Assembly: GCF_038025025.1 (NCBI RefSeq)
Contig: NW_027117347.1
Span: forward strand, 682,001 to 746,000
Length of the DNA: 64,000 nucleotides
Source of the DNA: Phyllosticta citribraziliensis
Taxonomy: Eukaryota
Direction of reading: 5' to 3'
The translations under genes were made by a program, and so were the position numbers. Positions 33,210 to 48,018 of this stretch are shown here, one piece after another (within the stretch, counting starts at the first letter, position 1; every line of letters begins with the position of its first letter). The notes under the pieces were generated by a model. That model had not been told where the DNA came from. It worked only from the letters and a program-made list of their open reading frames with translations, and searched no databases.

Positions 33210-35151
33210 TTCTTTCCAATTCTTTTCGGTGCAGGACAAAAGATTCCAATCCCAATCTCTTTTCAAGCAGGTTTTGTTGTAGAGTAGTTTCGTAGAAATC
33301 AAAAAGATGACCCGGAAAGGCAGAAGAGCTCGACTGCTAGAAATAGTTGAGTGCCAGTAGGATTCTTGGTTTCAATCTTGCGAAACGATGAACCGGATGC
33401 TGGAGAGTTGGATTGTAGTTCAGTGACAGAATATAAAGCAGATAGGCAGTAGGTAGGTCTGTAGGTCCGGCAGCACGTCAGGCTTGCTTACCTGATGCAA
33501 TGCAGGAGATAGACGGGGCGTTCCCGAAGCAGAACTGGGCTCTCCAAGAATGAATGTATTTGTCAGGCGTATTCGTATATTTTAGTGTAGTCAAGTAGCC
33601 GTACGGAGTAAGGACTCGCAACTGGTTGTGCCTGTAAGCACGCTTTTCAGAATGTAGTTGATGCTTGTTGTGTCTATGCCGGGTCAATGTGGGGGAAATG
33701 TATCGAGGTGGCTCGGGTTCGGGTGTTTTTCTACAAACGCGACTGCGTCCGATGATTGTAGACCTGAAGACCGAAAGTTCTTTGCGCCTGAAGCTTGTTC
33801 CTTACAAAGCGCTCCATTCTCTTTTCTTCTGGCATAGGCCAACCGACCGACAGGACAGGGAAGCCAGGTTACGCTGGGAACATTTTCTATCGCCTGCGAG
33901 CATTCAGTCAGCCACGCGCAATGGCCGCGCCCGAATTCCGCCGCGGAATGATTCCCGTCCAATCCCCTCCCACCCATCACGTCATTCTGGACTGCATCGC
34001 GCCGGGCAGCGCATCCATCACGGCTCCAGCTGAGACCACGAAGAACCACAATCGAGAGAGTGGCAGCTACGCGAGTAAGAAATGCGAAAGAAAAATATGC
34101 TTTTCGCTAAAACCGGGCCTGCCGACCAAGTCACCTAAGCTTGAGCTTAATTGCACGGAGAGCCGCTTGGCGAAAAGCTGCCGCGCATCGAAGGCGACGG
34201 GAGATAAGATGGCAAAGGCTGGCTGGCTTACAAGCTGAGAACATATACGTGCGAGAAGTGAGGCAGAGACAGAGCTGACAGGCTGATCCTGATGTTGTGG
34301 ACTATCACACCACCATGGCAATTGAGCGCCACTCGTTCACCTCTCGTGCCACCACCATCAGAACGATTCGACTGATCGTTTCCTCCGTCTGACACCCGCC
34401 AAGCGCTTTCCCCATCCCCGCACTCATGCGCTCCGCTTCCGCCCACCGCACAGAGCGCAATGCCCAGCCCTGGGCCGCGGCGTCGCCAAGGGCTCCGCCG
34501 AGACGTCATGGGCAATGGGCTCAAGGTATATCCAACCAGCACTGAGCAAAAGCAGCAGCGAGAAGAGGCCCCAGATTAAATTGATTCCGCCATTCCTGTT
34601 CGGCGAAGGCGCCGAGCGGCAGCAGGAGGGTAACAAGCAGTGGTAATTTTGGCTTGTCTAGTGCGTGGTGGGGTTCTGGGTGTCCCAGTTTGGTCGCTTT
34701 GCTTGTCGATGCTTTGACCTCCCTTGTGGTTGCTTGGTCTCTGTGGATGATGAGATGGGCTGCAGCTCGAGCTCGCTCCCCTGTCTGCTAAGACGCCGGT
34801 TGATGCGAGCGAGGCCGCATGTTGAGTTGGACCCAAGACTGGCCAAGCGCGGCCGAGCTGCGCACAGTCACGCTGCCGACAGGGGAGGCTGCGAAGCTGG
34901 CGGGTACAAAGTTGAGAGTGGAGCCATCGATGTCTTGGAAGATTTCGGCTTTCCGTTCCCCGCCTGCTCGCCTGTTCATACTCCTTGTCCTCGTGCTAGA
35001 ACAAAGACACAAGAGCTGTCGTCAAGTTTCTTTCAAAACAGGGTCGTCATCAATCGTCCATCAACACTGTTGGGATATATCGTTGCTTTGCAACCGCCGA
35101 CTTTCGTCTTCCTCGAACCTCTTACTGTCGGAGGCCGCGACCATAATCATC

Positions 35152-35490
35152 ATGGATGTCGTCCAGCTCGTTAAGCGTGCCGGTGGTGGCAGCAGCGGAG
35201 GAGAGGATCAGTCGCACCGCTTCGTGGATCACCCATCCCTTGGACATGAGCTTGGCGTAATGTTTGGGGGCATGGCCGCAATGGTTCTGAGTAAGTGGGC
35301 TTCGCAGACTGATCCAGACAGCGACTGATGCTTTCGCATAGGTATGGGTCTCTTCTGGATTTGGTGGGGAATCAACCTTAAGCGCGAGAAGAAGCTAGAG
35401 GCCAAGAGAATCGAGGGCTTGAGACAGAGGGGCATACTGAAAGAGCAGCTACCTCAGTCGTCGGACGAAGAACCCCACAAGACTGGATAG
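35152..35490 (+). CDS. Small single-TM protein (~95 aa); intron 35291-35341
   Basis: MDVVQLVKRAGGG...HPSLGHELGVMFGGMAAMVL|SMGLFWIWWGINLKREKKLEAKRIEGLRQRG. The GTAAGT...CTGAT...TAG intron restores a TM helix followed by a basic stretch. Confidence 0.75.
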
Positions 35491-35650
35491 AGGAATTGGA
35501 TGCTGCGGCAAGAGTTGGGAATGTGTCTGTATTTGGACCTTTGATGAGGTCACTGATTTGATGTCAATTCAAATATAATTTCAAGACTGCAATATATCTT
35601 TTCCATCGTCATCACCTCTCGTGTTGAGACTGACCTCTTTCGCGCATCAA

Positions 35651-36352
35651 CTACTCCTTGGTTTCTTTGAACAGCTCGAGAAACGCATCGGCCTCCTGAG
35701 CACCACCCACAACATACTTCTGGTTGATTGTGAAGTTTGGCACGCCAGAAATGCCTCGCAACTGCGCCTGTCTGACCTCATGGTCAACCTCTTTGCCGCC
35801 CTTGTCACTGCTCAACCAGTCCTTGACTTCAGCCTCATCGAGCCCGGCCTTCACAGCCGCCTCTTGCAACACTGCATGGCTGGTGATATCCTTTTCGTTT
35901 TCAAAGTACGCCGCGAAGAGCTCTTCGACGACCCTGGTCTGCGTATTTCCGCCCTTCTGCTTCCCGAGCTCTATCAACCGGTGCGAGTCGCGAGTGTTGC
36001 CCGTCTTGCCTCCCCACTTGAAGTTGATGCCATCCAGCTTTCCCGTCTGCGTCATACGGTCGAGCAGAGCCTCGGCCTGTCCGGAAAATTTGCGCTGGTA
36101 GCGTTCGAACTTGTTTTCACCCTCTTTCGGGGCCGTGGGGTCGAGGTAGTACGGCTTCCATGTGATGGAGAATGTGTCCGTTGGGTTTTGCAATTGATGC
36201 TGAGAAATGGCTTTGGAGAGGCGACGGTGGCCCACGTAACACCATCTGGGGCAGTTTTAGTAACTGAAGTGCGCGCAATACGGGACGAGAGCTCTGCTGG
36301 GGACATACGGGCACACTGTGTCGGAGACAATGTCGATTTTGAAGTGTGTCAT
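35651..36352 (-). CDS. DsbA/FrnE-like thioredoxin-fold oxidoreductase; intron 36246-36308
   Basis: MTHFKIDIVSDTVCP|WCYVGHRRL gives a CPWC active site. Also GNTRDSHRLI, LFAAYFE and GISGVPNFTI...GGAQ. Confidence 0.92.
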
Positions 36353-37190
36353 TGCGCGTCTGAGAGCCACTTTGAACAATTTTATTAGACACTGGCGTCC
36401 TTATTCGGTCCCTTTCGTTTGAGTAGACGAGCGCGAAGAGGTAGAGGGTGTTAGGAGCTTTGGAAGCTCTAGGAAGCTGTTGTAGCATGCCGTCGATTAC
36501 CAATCAATCTTCGGAAGTTGCCCCCGTTGAGATCCGGTCGCTCCCATGACAAAGCTGAGCTTCGAGACGGCGGAAGGATACCGACATGGCGAGAGATAGA
36601 GAGAGTAGCGCTTCGGAGCCGTCGCTGGAGAGAATGAAGCTGATGATCAAGTCGGGATGACCAGAAGTCGCATTGCATAGCTCTGGGGGACGTGCAAAGC
36701 TAGGGACCGGGGAAATGTCGTGGCCGGCCATGCTCAGCGAGTCCCTTGGAGGTTCAGTGGTGGCACACACAAAACAGCTAGCAGGCAGATGTGGAGCGTC
36801 ACCCGCCTAGAAAAGCTGCAAACAAGAAGCACTGACACTAAATCGAGTCAGAGGATCGAGAAGCGTTCAGACATCTGTAAGACAAGGAGCATTCAACTAC
36901 AACTACTGTCATCCGCAATACAGTAAGCCTCCAAATAACCTTCCTCAGTATAACAACTCCATGCTGGGAATCGGCTTTGCATGGTTCCTCAATTGTTGCT
37001 TGATGGGAATGGTGCCGTTGTTTCTGCTGATGACGCAGCCGGTAGCGAATGCCGGCATCCGATCGCCATGCAGGTTTCGTGTGCCTTGCTCACTTGTCGG
37101 TTTCTTAACATCGAATTCTCGCCTGTGCCACTCAAAAGCCCATCTTTGACTCGTTTCCCTTGCATTTGCGGTCCGTCCTTCTCATTCACG

Positions 37191-38033
37191 ATGCGTATTC
37201 CTCTCCATCGCTTGTGGCTCCTGCCTCTGATTTCCGGCATTGCCTGGTTCATCACGCTTTTATCGTTGCTGTTAAGATGGGTTGCAAGAGGGACCCCAAG
37301 ATATCCCGGTCAGAGCAATCCCTACGTTGCCTTCATATCAGATATCGCCGCGTTCGAAATGAAGCCCACATTTCTTGTCGGCGCCTGCATCACGGCAGTC
37401 GCCTTCATTGGAACAGTGTGTGCCGTCCACTTTGCACGCTATGATCACCGCATGTACGGCATCGACGATTTCTGGTACAAAAAGTGGTCTTCGGCGCTTG
37501 CCATGGTTTCCGGAGTAATCGCCGGACTTGGTTTGATCTTATTGGCCATCATGGACACCTTTCGATTTCACGAGGAGCATCGGGTCTTATTGTTTGTGTG
37601 TTTTTCGGGACTGGCGCTATCGTCTCTATCCACGACGTTGGTGTACTTTGACCAGACGAAAAAGCCTTCTCCTTTCCGCCTGCTGCGGCTCTAGTACGTG
37701 CATTCCCGGCCCTGGTAAAATGATCGTACCTGCTGACCATATACAGCTGCTCTGCAAGTGCCACCATAGTGGTTATAGAGGTGGTTCTGGGCGTCGCGTT
37801 CACAATACTGATGTACATGTCGTTCTGGAGGACTGCCGGTGTTCTCGAATGGGTCATGGCCTTCACTGGCTGCTTTTACATGCTAGCTTTTGTCGGATTT
37901 GTTGCGTAAGTTGGACTGACCACGGGGTCTTGCGGGGTGAAAGCTGCTGACATGATTAAGGGTGCCACCGGAGGGGATCGATGCTAGGGAGCATGATCCC
38001 CTACTGCAAGAGCCAGCAGGCAGCTCTGTATAG
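37191..38033 (+). CDS. Frag1/DRAM/Sfk1 family multi-pass membrane protein; introns 37694-37746 and 37906-37960
   Basis: LWLLPLISGIAWFITLLSLL...VAFISDIAA...LAIMDTFRFHEEH...AGVLEWVMAF, with about six hydrophobic segments. Confidence 0.85.
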
Positions 38034-39036
38034 AGCGGTTTCTGCTATGAAGGCCGTGGAATTCAAGAAAGCGAAGCTAACCTCGAAATGGGAGCGTTTG
38101 GATTACGGACCGTCAGAGTTGCTGTCATATATCAGCACATAAAAGTCTAAATCCTGCGAGAGAAAATCATTAGATAATGGACTGGGATAGATTCTGCTAC
38201 GCAAAAAATGTTTTGTTTTCGATCGAGTGGCTGTTTTGGTGAAGAAAGACTCCTGTCCAGGGTCGCGCCACAGTGTTAATAGTTGGCATTTAGATACCCG
38301 TCCTGAGCTGAAGCTGTGGATTTTTATCCAGACATTGTGACCGGCACACCGGTCTTGCGCTAGGACGGTGATTGACAAAGAGGCAAGCCTTCCCAAAAAC
38401 GGATGAAGCATCGACGAGCCCACAAAGCGGTGATGTGACGAGTGGGGGGATCACGCGGTGGATTGGTCGACGATGTTAAAAGTGAAGAGTCGGCTCCTCA
38501 AGACGAGCGCCAGATGACGCAACGAAGAAGGCGGTCCTGGAGAATCTAGCCCGTAAGAGTTTGACGCAGGCGTGTGGGGCGTAGTGTGCCACCTGTGACC
38601 TGGGAGACGGAAAGGGAAACGAGGCACGCGAACCAGCAGAAAGCCGGCCCCCCACCTGTGAGCGAGCGAGGGCAGGGAGACGGGTGAAGCTTCAGAAGAT
38701 ACATTAGACATTATATTGGTCGGTGGGTGGAGGGGGAACCTAGGAGCTACCGTATCCGACGCAAATCCCCCGGCGCACCGGTGATCCTGGCAGTTTGGAC
38801 GCAGAGCTCGAGCCAGAAACCTACGTCAACCAGGACAGGCTCAGGCTCAGGCTAGGCTTGACCATCGACTCTCCACTCTCTCCAGCCCGCCTGTTTCTTG
38901 CAACTGCAACACCAAACTCCCTATGCTTCCACCCCGTTCTCCCCATTCCCACTCCTTCTCATCTGGCAGCGCTGCCCCCCCGCTGCCTGTTCTGGCCCCT
39001 CGCCGCACCTGCGCTCCTTGACGCCCGCAACTCCCA

Positions 39037-41792
39037 ATGGCGTCCAACGACCGATCTGGCGAATCCTCCTCGGCTTCAACGGTGCCCGCCACGTCAAACC
39101 ATCCGCAGCCAGCGATACATGTCGCCCAGCCATCCTCCGAAACAGCTCCACAATCGTCTCGCGACGCTTCTACGCCAACTGCTACCAAGAAGAAGCGACA
39201 CCGCGGCGGCAAGAAAAGAAGGAGACGCCAGTCTTTTGCTGCGCCGCAGTCCGACCACGATGCCCATTCCGATGCGCATGAGGCTGAAAGACCGTCTCTG
39301 GCAGAAGTAAACAGACAAAAGGCAGCGACCAACAGCTTCTATCGCCTGGGCCAAAACAGGAGCAACACGAGCCTGGAGAGCGAGGCATTACTGGATCATC
39401 GGTGAGTACTCCGCGCCTGCCTTTGGCTCTGTCTTTCTTCATCTAACTTTCTCAGCGACCAAGGACCACTCCCAGTCCGACGCTCGAGCACCATGCAGGC
39501 CAACTTTTACAGCCCTCGGGCCACTCTGCCCTTCAATCGCAGTTCTCCAGTCAACCGACAATCCCAAGCTTATCCCTTCCCTGTTCGACGGACGGATACT
39601 AGTAGATCCAAGCAATCTTGGACTGGAAGAGCCCTTGAAGAGGACCCCGAAGAAGACAGTGTGGACGATCGCACTCCTTTGATCAGGAGAAACAGTCCAA
39701 AATTCAACACCAATGGCTTTGGCGGCATCATAGGCTCGTCTCCAGGACTACGCTTCAGCGAACGAGCGCGGAGAAAGTCTACAACGTCTCGAGAATCCGA
39801 CTCGACCAGGAAGCGGCCTGGCTCAAGGCCTGGTCCAAACCAGCACAGACTGCTCCCTGGCGACGATTATGACATTAATAACCCTCCATCAGTACCCACG
39901 AGCCCTAATTTGGAACCGGATCTGGGCTTTGACGATGTCATGCTCACCGGCGACCTTGATAGACAGAGATCTCGAGACTCGGATCATCGACCTAATCGCG
40001 ACATTCTAATCGACATTGACGAAGATGACGCCAACCATTGTTACCACTCTGACCACTCGCAAACAGACGCTCATCGCCCCTCTGCCGAACACCCAGCCGA
40101 GAAGGACGTGTGCTTTCCAGCAGACCTCATGTCTGAATTCGGCCGGGAGGAGTATGCCCATTACACAGAGGGTGCTGCGAGAACTCGTCGAAAGAGAAAG
40201 AAGCCATGGCCAAACCTCAACGTGCTCGAGGAATGGGCTGCAGAGGAGAAGGAGCAACGGAGCATTGACGGCATCCGTGCACGCAAGGTCAATGAACCAT
40301 TGTTGGTTGATGGCAGGCTTAGGCCACAGAAAAGAGTGTGGCACCGTGAAGATGACGATGCGCCTTTCAGGTTCACCTACTTCAACGAAGAGTTTCAAAG
40401 CACGCTCCACAGTCATACTCTGTCAGAATTGCTCCAGGAAGGACAAACTTTTCGCGACTTGTTTATTCCCGAGCCTCCAGTCCTTTCCGATGACAGCTCC
40501 TCCGAGTACGAACCAGAACCTCTCTCAAAGGTACCTTCACAGGTAATGAGTGGTGACAAGAGGTTACAATCTCCTGGTGGCGAGTCCATCCGGAGGCAAA
40601 GTTCCAGACTCAGCAACCACAAGCCTCACTTGTCAGGGGACCAAACAGGCCAGACCACGCCAAACCATTCCATAACCCCACGACAAAAGGAAAAACGATA
40701 TGGAGCACGCCCGGTGTTTTGGCTCGACGTCATGTCACCAACGGAGGCTGAAATGAAGGCTCTGACTCGGACATTTGGCATCCATCCGCTGACACACGAG
40801 GACATCATGATGCAAGAAGCTCGCGAAAAAGTTGAACTTTTTCACAATTACTACTTTGTCAACTACCGAACTTTTGAACAAGACAGCAACAGCGAGGACT
40901 TTATGGAGCCCATGAACATCTATTTCATCATCTTCCGCGAAGGAGTGATTAGTGTTCATTTTTCGATGACGCCTCATATGGCCAATGTGCGGCGTCGAAT
41001 TCGCCAGCTGAGCGACTATCTCATACTCAGCTCGGACTGGATTGCGTATGCCATCATCGACGACATTACAGACGCATACGCTCCTCTTATTCAAAGCATC
41101 GAGGATGAAGTTGACGAGATTGACGATGCAATCCTCCGACTACACAATCCAGAGGAAACCACATTGAACAAGCCAAAGGGCATCAAGTCCAAGGAGGACA
41201 TGGAGAAGAAGTCTGAAGTAGGCGACATTTCTACAGGAAATTCGGGCGGGAACATGCTACGGAGAGTCGGAGAGACGAGAAAAAAGGTCATGGCACTGTA
41301 CCGGCTCTTGGGCAACAAAGCCGACGTCATCAAAGGCTTCGCAAAAAGATGCAACGAGCAGTGGGAGGTGGCGCCCAAGACTGAGATTGGGCTCTACCTG
41401 GGCGATATCCAGGATCACATTGTGACCATGACGGGCAACTTGAGCCATTACGAAAGGTCAGTATCACCATGGCCGTCTTACCAGCAGTACTCAACTGACT
41501 CGTCGTGTCCAGCCTTCTTTCCCGCGCCCATGGAAACTATCTGGCTCAGATCAACATCCGCATGAATGAGCGCGCCGAACAAACCAACGATGTGTTGGGC
41601 AAATTGACTGTCCTCGGTACGATTGTGCTGCCCATGAATATCGTCACGGGCATGTGGGGCATGAACGTGCTCGTACCCGGCCAAGATATCGACAGTCTCT
41701 GGTGGTTCTGGGGAATCACGGCATTCCTAGTGCTCTTTGGAGTGTCGTGCTTCTTCATCTGCAAAAGGTACCTGAACATGGTCTTCCTGTAG
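39037..41792 (+). CDS. MNR2: CorA-family Mg2+ transporter, Mnr2-like; introns 39402-39455 and 41457-41512
   Basis: FWLDV...FGIHPLTHEDI...REKVELF, WIAYAIIDDITD, YLGDIQDH and LPMNIVTGMWGMNVLVPGQ (GMN motif) with two C-terminal TM helices. Confidence 0.88.
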
Positions 41793-42675
41793 CGCGTTGT
41801 GTCTTAAGATACCCCCACCTCGCGATGCTTGCCATTTACTGCGGAATTATTATCTTTTCATGACGGCGTGGTGGGTAGATCTTGATTATGCGTGCACATT
41901 GTCCGGCTTCACTCTGATGCAGACTAATATCTCTTAGGTACTACAAAATTGTCTAACTCGAGCATAAGTAATAGACGGCAAGGTTTGCAAAAAGCAGGAG
42001 TTGGTGGTTCGGTGGCTGGGTCGCAGACGCATACGGTTGGAAACCTGGTAGATTTGGATTCATGGGGTGCGGCCTAGGTATGCCGAGTTGTCATGTCATT
42101 CTAGAAGAATAGAACGCGTAAAGCGGGGTTGAGAAGCAATTGAAAGTGGCATCATCATAATCAACTTGATCTCTGCCACAATGGCGTCAGAAGAGGACCC
42201 ACGGCTGTGATGGCTCTCGCCAGCTCTTTCCACAGTTCAGGCCACCGCAGCAGATACAGGGTCGCCGCACGGGTCTTGGGCCTGTTTTGCGGTACGAGAG
42301 CGAGCCCTTCACACACCTCAGCCACAACTCGACGGCTTCGTGAGATGCTCGAGCCGCACTCTGTTCAATTGCATCTTGCACAGCCTCGGTTGTCGCTGCG
42401 ACCGCTGGATACTCACCGTCGTCAAGACTCGATTCAATCGAGTAATGGCCCCAAAAATGGAGCTGGTGGTGGCCGTATCGGCAGGGACCGAGCGGTGAAG
42501 GGGGGCCCCGCCAACGGACGGGCCGTCGAATGCACAGGTCCAGAGTTGGCCGCCAGCTATATCAATCGTCGGGGCGTCAACAATGCCGCCGAAGAGCCAC
42601 TCTTCCTCTGCCTTCACCGAGCCTCAGGCGCCCTCCTCTGCATCTGGAACCTTCTTCGAGAAAAAATCTGACAAA

Positions 42676-43825
42676 ATGTTTGGCTTTGGCGGCGAAGAAG
42701 TCACCAAGCTCGAGGTCGAGAACATCGACAAGACCTTCTCGGGCAAAAGCATCGGTAATTCATAAAGAACCCCCGCCGCCCTCTGTCTCTCTTTCTCTCT
42801 TCGACCCTTTCACCTGCTGATGGCTGACCCACCAACAAGACCTGATCTCCAAGCCGCTGGGCTCCGAAGTCCTCGCCGTTTCCGATGAATGGTTCGCCGA
42901 AGCCGAGAACCTGATCAACCCCAAGGCGCCCATCCGGCGGCCGGGCGTCTTCACGCACGCCGGCGCCTGGTACGATGGCTGGGAGACGCGTCGGCACAAC
43001 CCCGAGGAGTTTGACTGGGCGGTGATCAAGCTGGGCGTGGCGAGCGGCAAGGTCAAGGGCGTCGAGATTGACACGGCCTTCTTCGACGGCAACCACGCGC
43101 CGGAAATCGCCGTGCAGGGCTTCTTCGCCGGCAGCAACGAGGACGCCGACGAGCTGGTCAAGGACCCCGAGTTCGGCGGGTGGGAGACGATTCTGTCCAA
43201 GCAGGAGTGCGGCCCCAGCCAGCGCCACGGCTGGCTGCTGGCCAAGGAGACGGAAAAGGCATACACGCACGTGCGCCTGCAAATGTTTCCGGACGGCGGC
43301 ATCGCGCGCTTCAGGCTCTTCGGGTCGGTGGTGCCCGTCTTCCCGGCGAGCGTCGACGAGGCGTTCGACCTGGCGGCGGCCGTCAACGGCGGCGTCGCCC
43401 TCTCTTGCTCCGACCAGCACTTTGGCACCAAGGACAACCTGCTGCTGCCGGGCCGCGGCGTCGACATGGGCGACGGGTGGGAGACGAAGCGCACGCGCGG
43501 CGAGCACATTGACTGGACCATCGTGCGGCTGGGCACGCCGGCCGAGATCGAGCGCGTCGTCGTCGACACGGCCCACTTCCGCGGCAACTTCCCAAAGCAG
43601 GTCCAGATCTTTGCTGGCGATTTCCAGCAGGACCCCGGCCACGAGGACCCCGGTTGGGTCGAGATTCTGGAGCCCATTGGCACCGGACCCGACCAGGAGC
43701 ACGAGTATGACGAGGAGGTGCTCAAGGATGTCAAGGTCAAGGCGTACTCGCATGTCAAGCTCGTTATCATTCCCGACGGCGGCGTCAAGCGTTTGAGGGT
43801 GTTTGGCAAGAGGAGGGCTTGGTAG
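42676..43825 (+). CDS. DAL2: Allantoicase; intron 42755-42839
   Basis: Two allantoicase repeats: SDEWFA...YDGWETRRHN...IDTAFFDGN...FPDGGIARFR and SDQHFG...MGDGWETKR...VDTAHFRGN...PDGGVKRLRVFG. Confidence 0.95.
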
Positions 43826-45536
43826 AACTGGACGGAGTAAGTGAAGGAGCATAGGGAGATACCCGGTGTGACGAAATGCAACGTTTGCAAACGAGTCCAT
43901 TTTCACCCGTGGAAGTGATGGCGCGCGGCAATCGACTACTGCACCAAACCCCCAGTGCAGCCCGAATCTGGCTTCCTTTCAAGCCTCTCAAGGTAGGTCT
44001 TTGGATCACAAGATTCCTCTCTCCTTTTATTCCACAATGACGTATGGGACCGATTGAACCGAGTTGGAAGCCCTTTCTCGATGCCATCCCGGTTATGAGG
44101 TCCCTAGAACAACACTGCATGTTTTACAGGTCGTCCAGCTGCCTTAATATCCAGCGGATGACTTTACTTTCACGCTGACATGTCTTGGAATCCTTCTCCT
44201 GGCGACTTTGAAGCGCAGAAGGAAGGCCAATGGGGGGAATAGCTCAAGCATCATAGAGCCAGGAACATATATTAAATGGAATCTTCAATATGTCAAGGTG
44301 ATCCACATTTCCGGTACCATGCTCCTAGTCTCTCTGCCCTGCATGAACAGGCTAGGCAGCCGGGAAGCAACAAGCAGCGGCGCCAGTCAAGGTATCGTCA
44401 CAAGTGCCGTCTCGCCTCTCCGGCTCGCGTCGTTTCAGCTGCGTCTCGCGCGTCGTCCCGTTCCCCGTCTGCCGTCTGCCGTCTGCCGTCTCGCCAATCT
44501 GATTATGCGCAGCATAAAGCGAATCTCGATGGAAGACTGAGTTCTCCCTGCTGCTTGGTCGGTACTTCACGCTGCGAATCGGCATGCGTCTGCCTGTACC
44601 AGGTAGTATGTAGATGCATCCCAGACGTGCTCCCAGCTATTGGCCATCACCTGCTCTTCCCGCACCGCTGGACATTCTTGGGCTAGCCCGCTGGCGCATC
44701 CAACGCAGCCCAACTTCGCACTACCACGCATATGCCCTACTTACCTAGGTGCCTACCTACCTACCCGTCCCTCTAGCCCTCACACCGCACTACAGCCAAA
44801 CATACAAAACCCGCCTCGCCCCATCCCCCAGCCTTCGTCACCCTACAACAAACGGGACCACAACGATCCGAGCCGGCCTCCAGCACACACCTGCCCCACG
44901 CCGTTGCTGCTCGGCTGATGCGTCGTCCCCAGAGCGAATCTGCTCTTCTCCTTTGCGGGGGTTGAGGAGGTGAAAACGGCTTTTTTCCGCTCTCCATTCT
45001 ACTGTTGCTGTGGATGTGAGGCGTCTTCCACCGTTGTTACATTCTTTGTGGGTTGGACGGGGTTACAGGCGAGGCGCGTTGGGTCGGTTGGATAGGTATT
45101 GGCTGTTGTTGATGGGGTTTAGATGATGGAGTTGATTAGATTTTGGCTATTGGTTGAAGTTGACAACCACTTCGGAGAGTAACTGGCTAGTGAAGCTGTG
45201 ACTTCCAGGAGAGAATGAGGAGAAGAGATGGAACATTTGATCGAAAGCGTTAAGATGCCCAATTGAGCAACCTGTGTGCACAGACCACTCGCACTTCCTT
45301 GCCCCGCGTGTGATTGGCGGCCGGAGATCCGCCTATCGATAGTTGAGTACACTTGACCGACCCCTGCTCATTTTTTGTCTGGCTGGGAAAATCTGAGGAA
45401 CCGCTCAACAGCGACGCCTCACCAGCACACGCCCTCTCCCCCGAAAGCATCCTCGCGAGCTCCCTACCACGCGCCGCCTTCCTCACCAGCCACACGACAC
45501 CAACCTCGAGCCCAGGCGCGCTATACAACAACTACA

Positions 45537-46752
<1,216 letters not shown>

Positions 46753-48018
46753 TGTGCCCTCTCCCCGGCAGTTGTGTGAGCATTGTTGGCGGATTCAGCG
46801 AGCATGGATGGCGTTTGGCATACCTGGTATAAAAGGGCGTTGGAGGACGGATATTTGAGATACCTTTTTCTGTTCAATCTGAAATGGAGAGCAGCTGGAC
46901 GAGCGAGCGACAGGGGAATGTGGTGTAAACGGTGATGACGTTTCGAAGCCAGAAACTGAAGGGGGGGCTACCTGTAGGTATGGGACCCAAGTCCGGGACC
47001 GGTCCGGCCCACAACGGGATGGAGGACATGTTGGGATGACCTGGTGGGATGCGGCAGCTAGTGTAGGGCTGATGGACGACAGTTGACAGAGCAGAGGCAG
47101 CAGAGTCAATCTTGACCGGGCTTCAGCGCAAATGACGACGAGGCCGGCGTCATGGGCTGCGTGTCGCCTTTTCGGTTGTGCACCATGCCGTCACCAAGAT
47201 TGGGCTGTGATGCAGTGAAGCGAGTGAGTCACGATGGCGAGCGGCAGCCCTCACCCTCCATGTCGGCCGCTGAGCAAGCATCTTCTTGATTGTTGTGTGG
47301 TGTACAGGTATGTATGTAGGTAGGTGAGATGGACGATACCATGGCTGATGGTGCGCGACTTTTCGAGCGAGCTGCGTGCTGCCTATCGCCGTGATTGGTC
47401 CACAACGCGCAGGGTGTACTCGACCTCGACAATTGAAAAGTCCCTCTTCGCCAGTACCATGCATGATACAGCACCTCCAGAGAAGGGAGAGAGAGAATTT
47501 AAACAACCTAAGCCAGCCCAGTGCCGTCACGCCGGTTTGGCCTCTGCTCTGGCGCATCTCATGGCAACACGACAAGTGAAACGCCGTGTGGAACTTGGTC
47601 CCGTCCCCGCCATGCGCCAGCTGCGTCGCCAGCCAATCCGCCGTCAAAGCCTCATGTATCGTCCGGGGCCCTGGTCTCTCTGTCTTGACCATCGCAACAT
47701 CCTCTTCGCCTCTGATCTTCGCCCTCCCCGCCTGATTGCTGTCTTTTCCCCTACCACACCACTCCCTCCCGAGCCCTCGACGCCCTCGCCAACTCGCACT
47801 ATAAAATCCACCGCTCCCCGCGACCCTATCCCTTCCGGCCCCCGACCTCTCCCTCGCTACCGTTACCCTTTCGTCGTCGATCCCAAGGCCTCCAACCCAG
47901 CGCGCCGCGTCGTCCCACACCCCGCCGTCCTCGTCCACCGCCCGCGCCCGCCGCGTCGCCATGGCTCAATGTTGAAGCCTGAGCCCGCAGAGCCTGGGAT
48001 GTATTTGTAGCCGCCCTC

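Noticed and set aside
34424..34636. 70-aa ORF with a hydrophobic stretch
   Set aside because: Non-ATG start and no supporting splice model.
32353..38033. Idea of a betalain or secondary-metabolite cluster (DOPA dioxygenase, DsbA, Sfk1)
   Set aside because: No tyrosinase, backbone synthase, transporter or cluster regulator is present, and the functions are unrelated.
42583..42675. Upstream in-frame ATG extending allantoicase
   Set aside because: It lies only about 25 nt after a TATA-like element, so it is probably upstream of the transcription start; ATG 42676 has the better context (AAAATG).
42701..43906. 401-aa and 376-aa minus-strand ORFs
   Set aside because: Antisense shadows of the GC3-rich allantoicase gene.
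47150..48010. 270-aa minus-strand and 228-aa plus-strand ORFs
   Set aside because: They span the pyrimidine-rich promoter/leader of the large gene and have no recognisable protein features.
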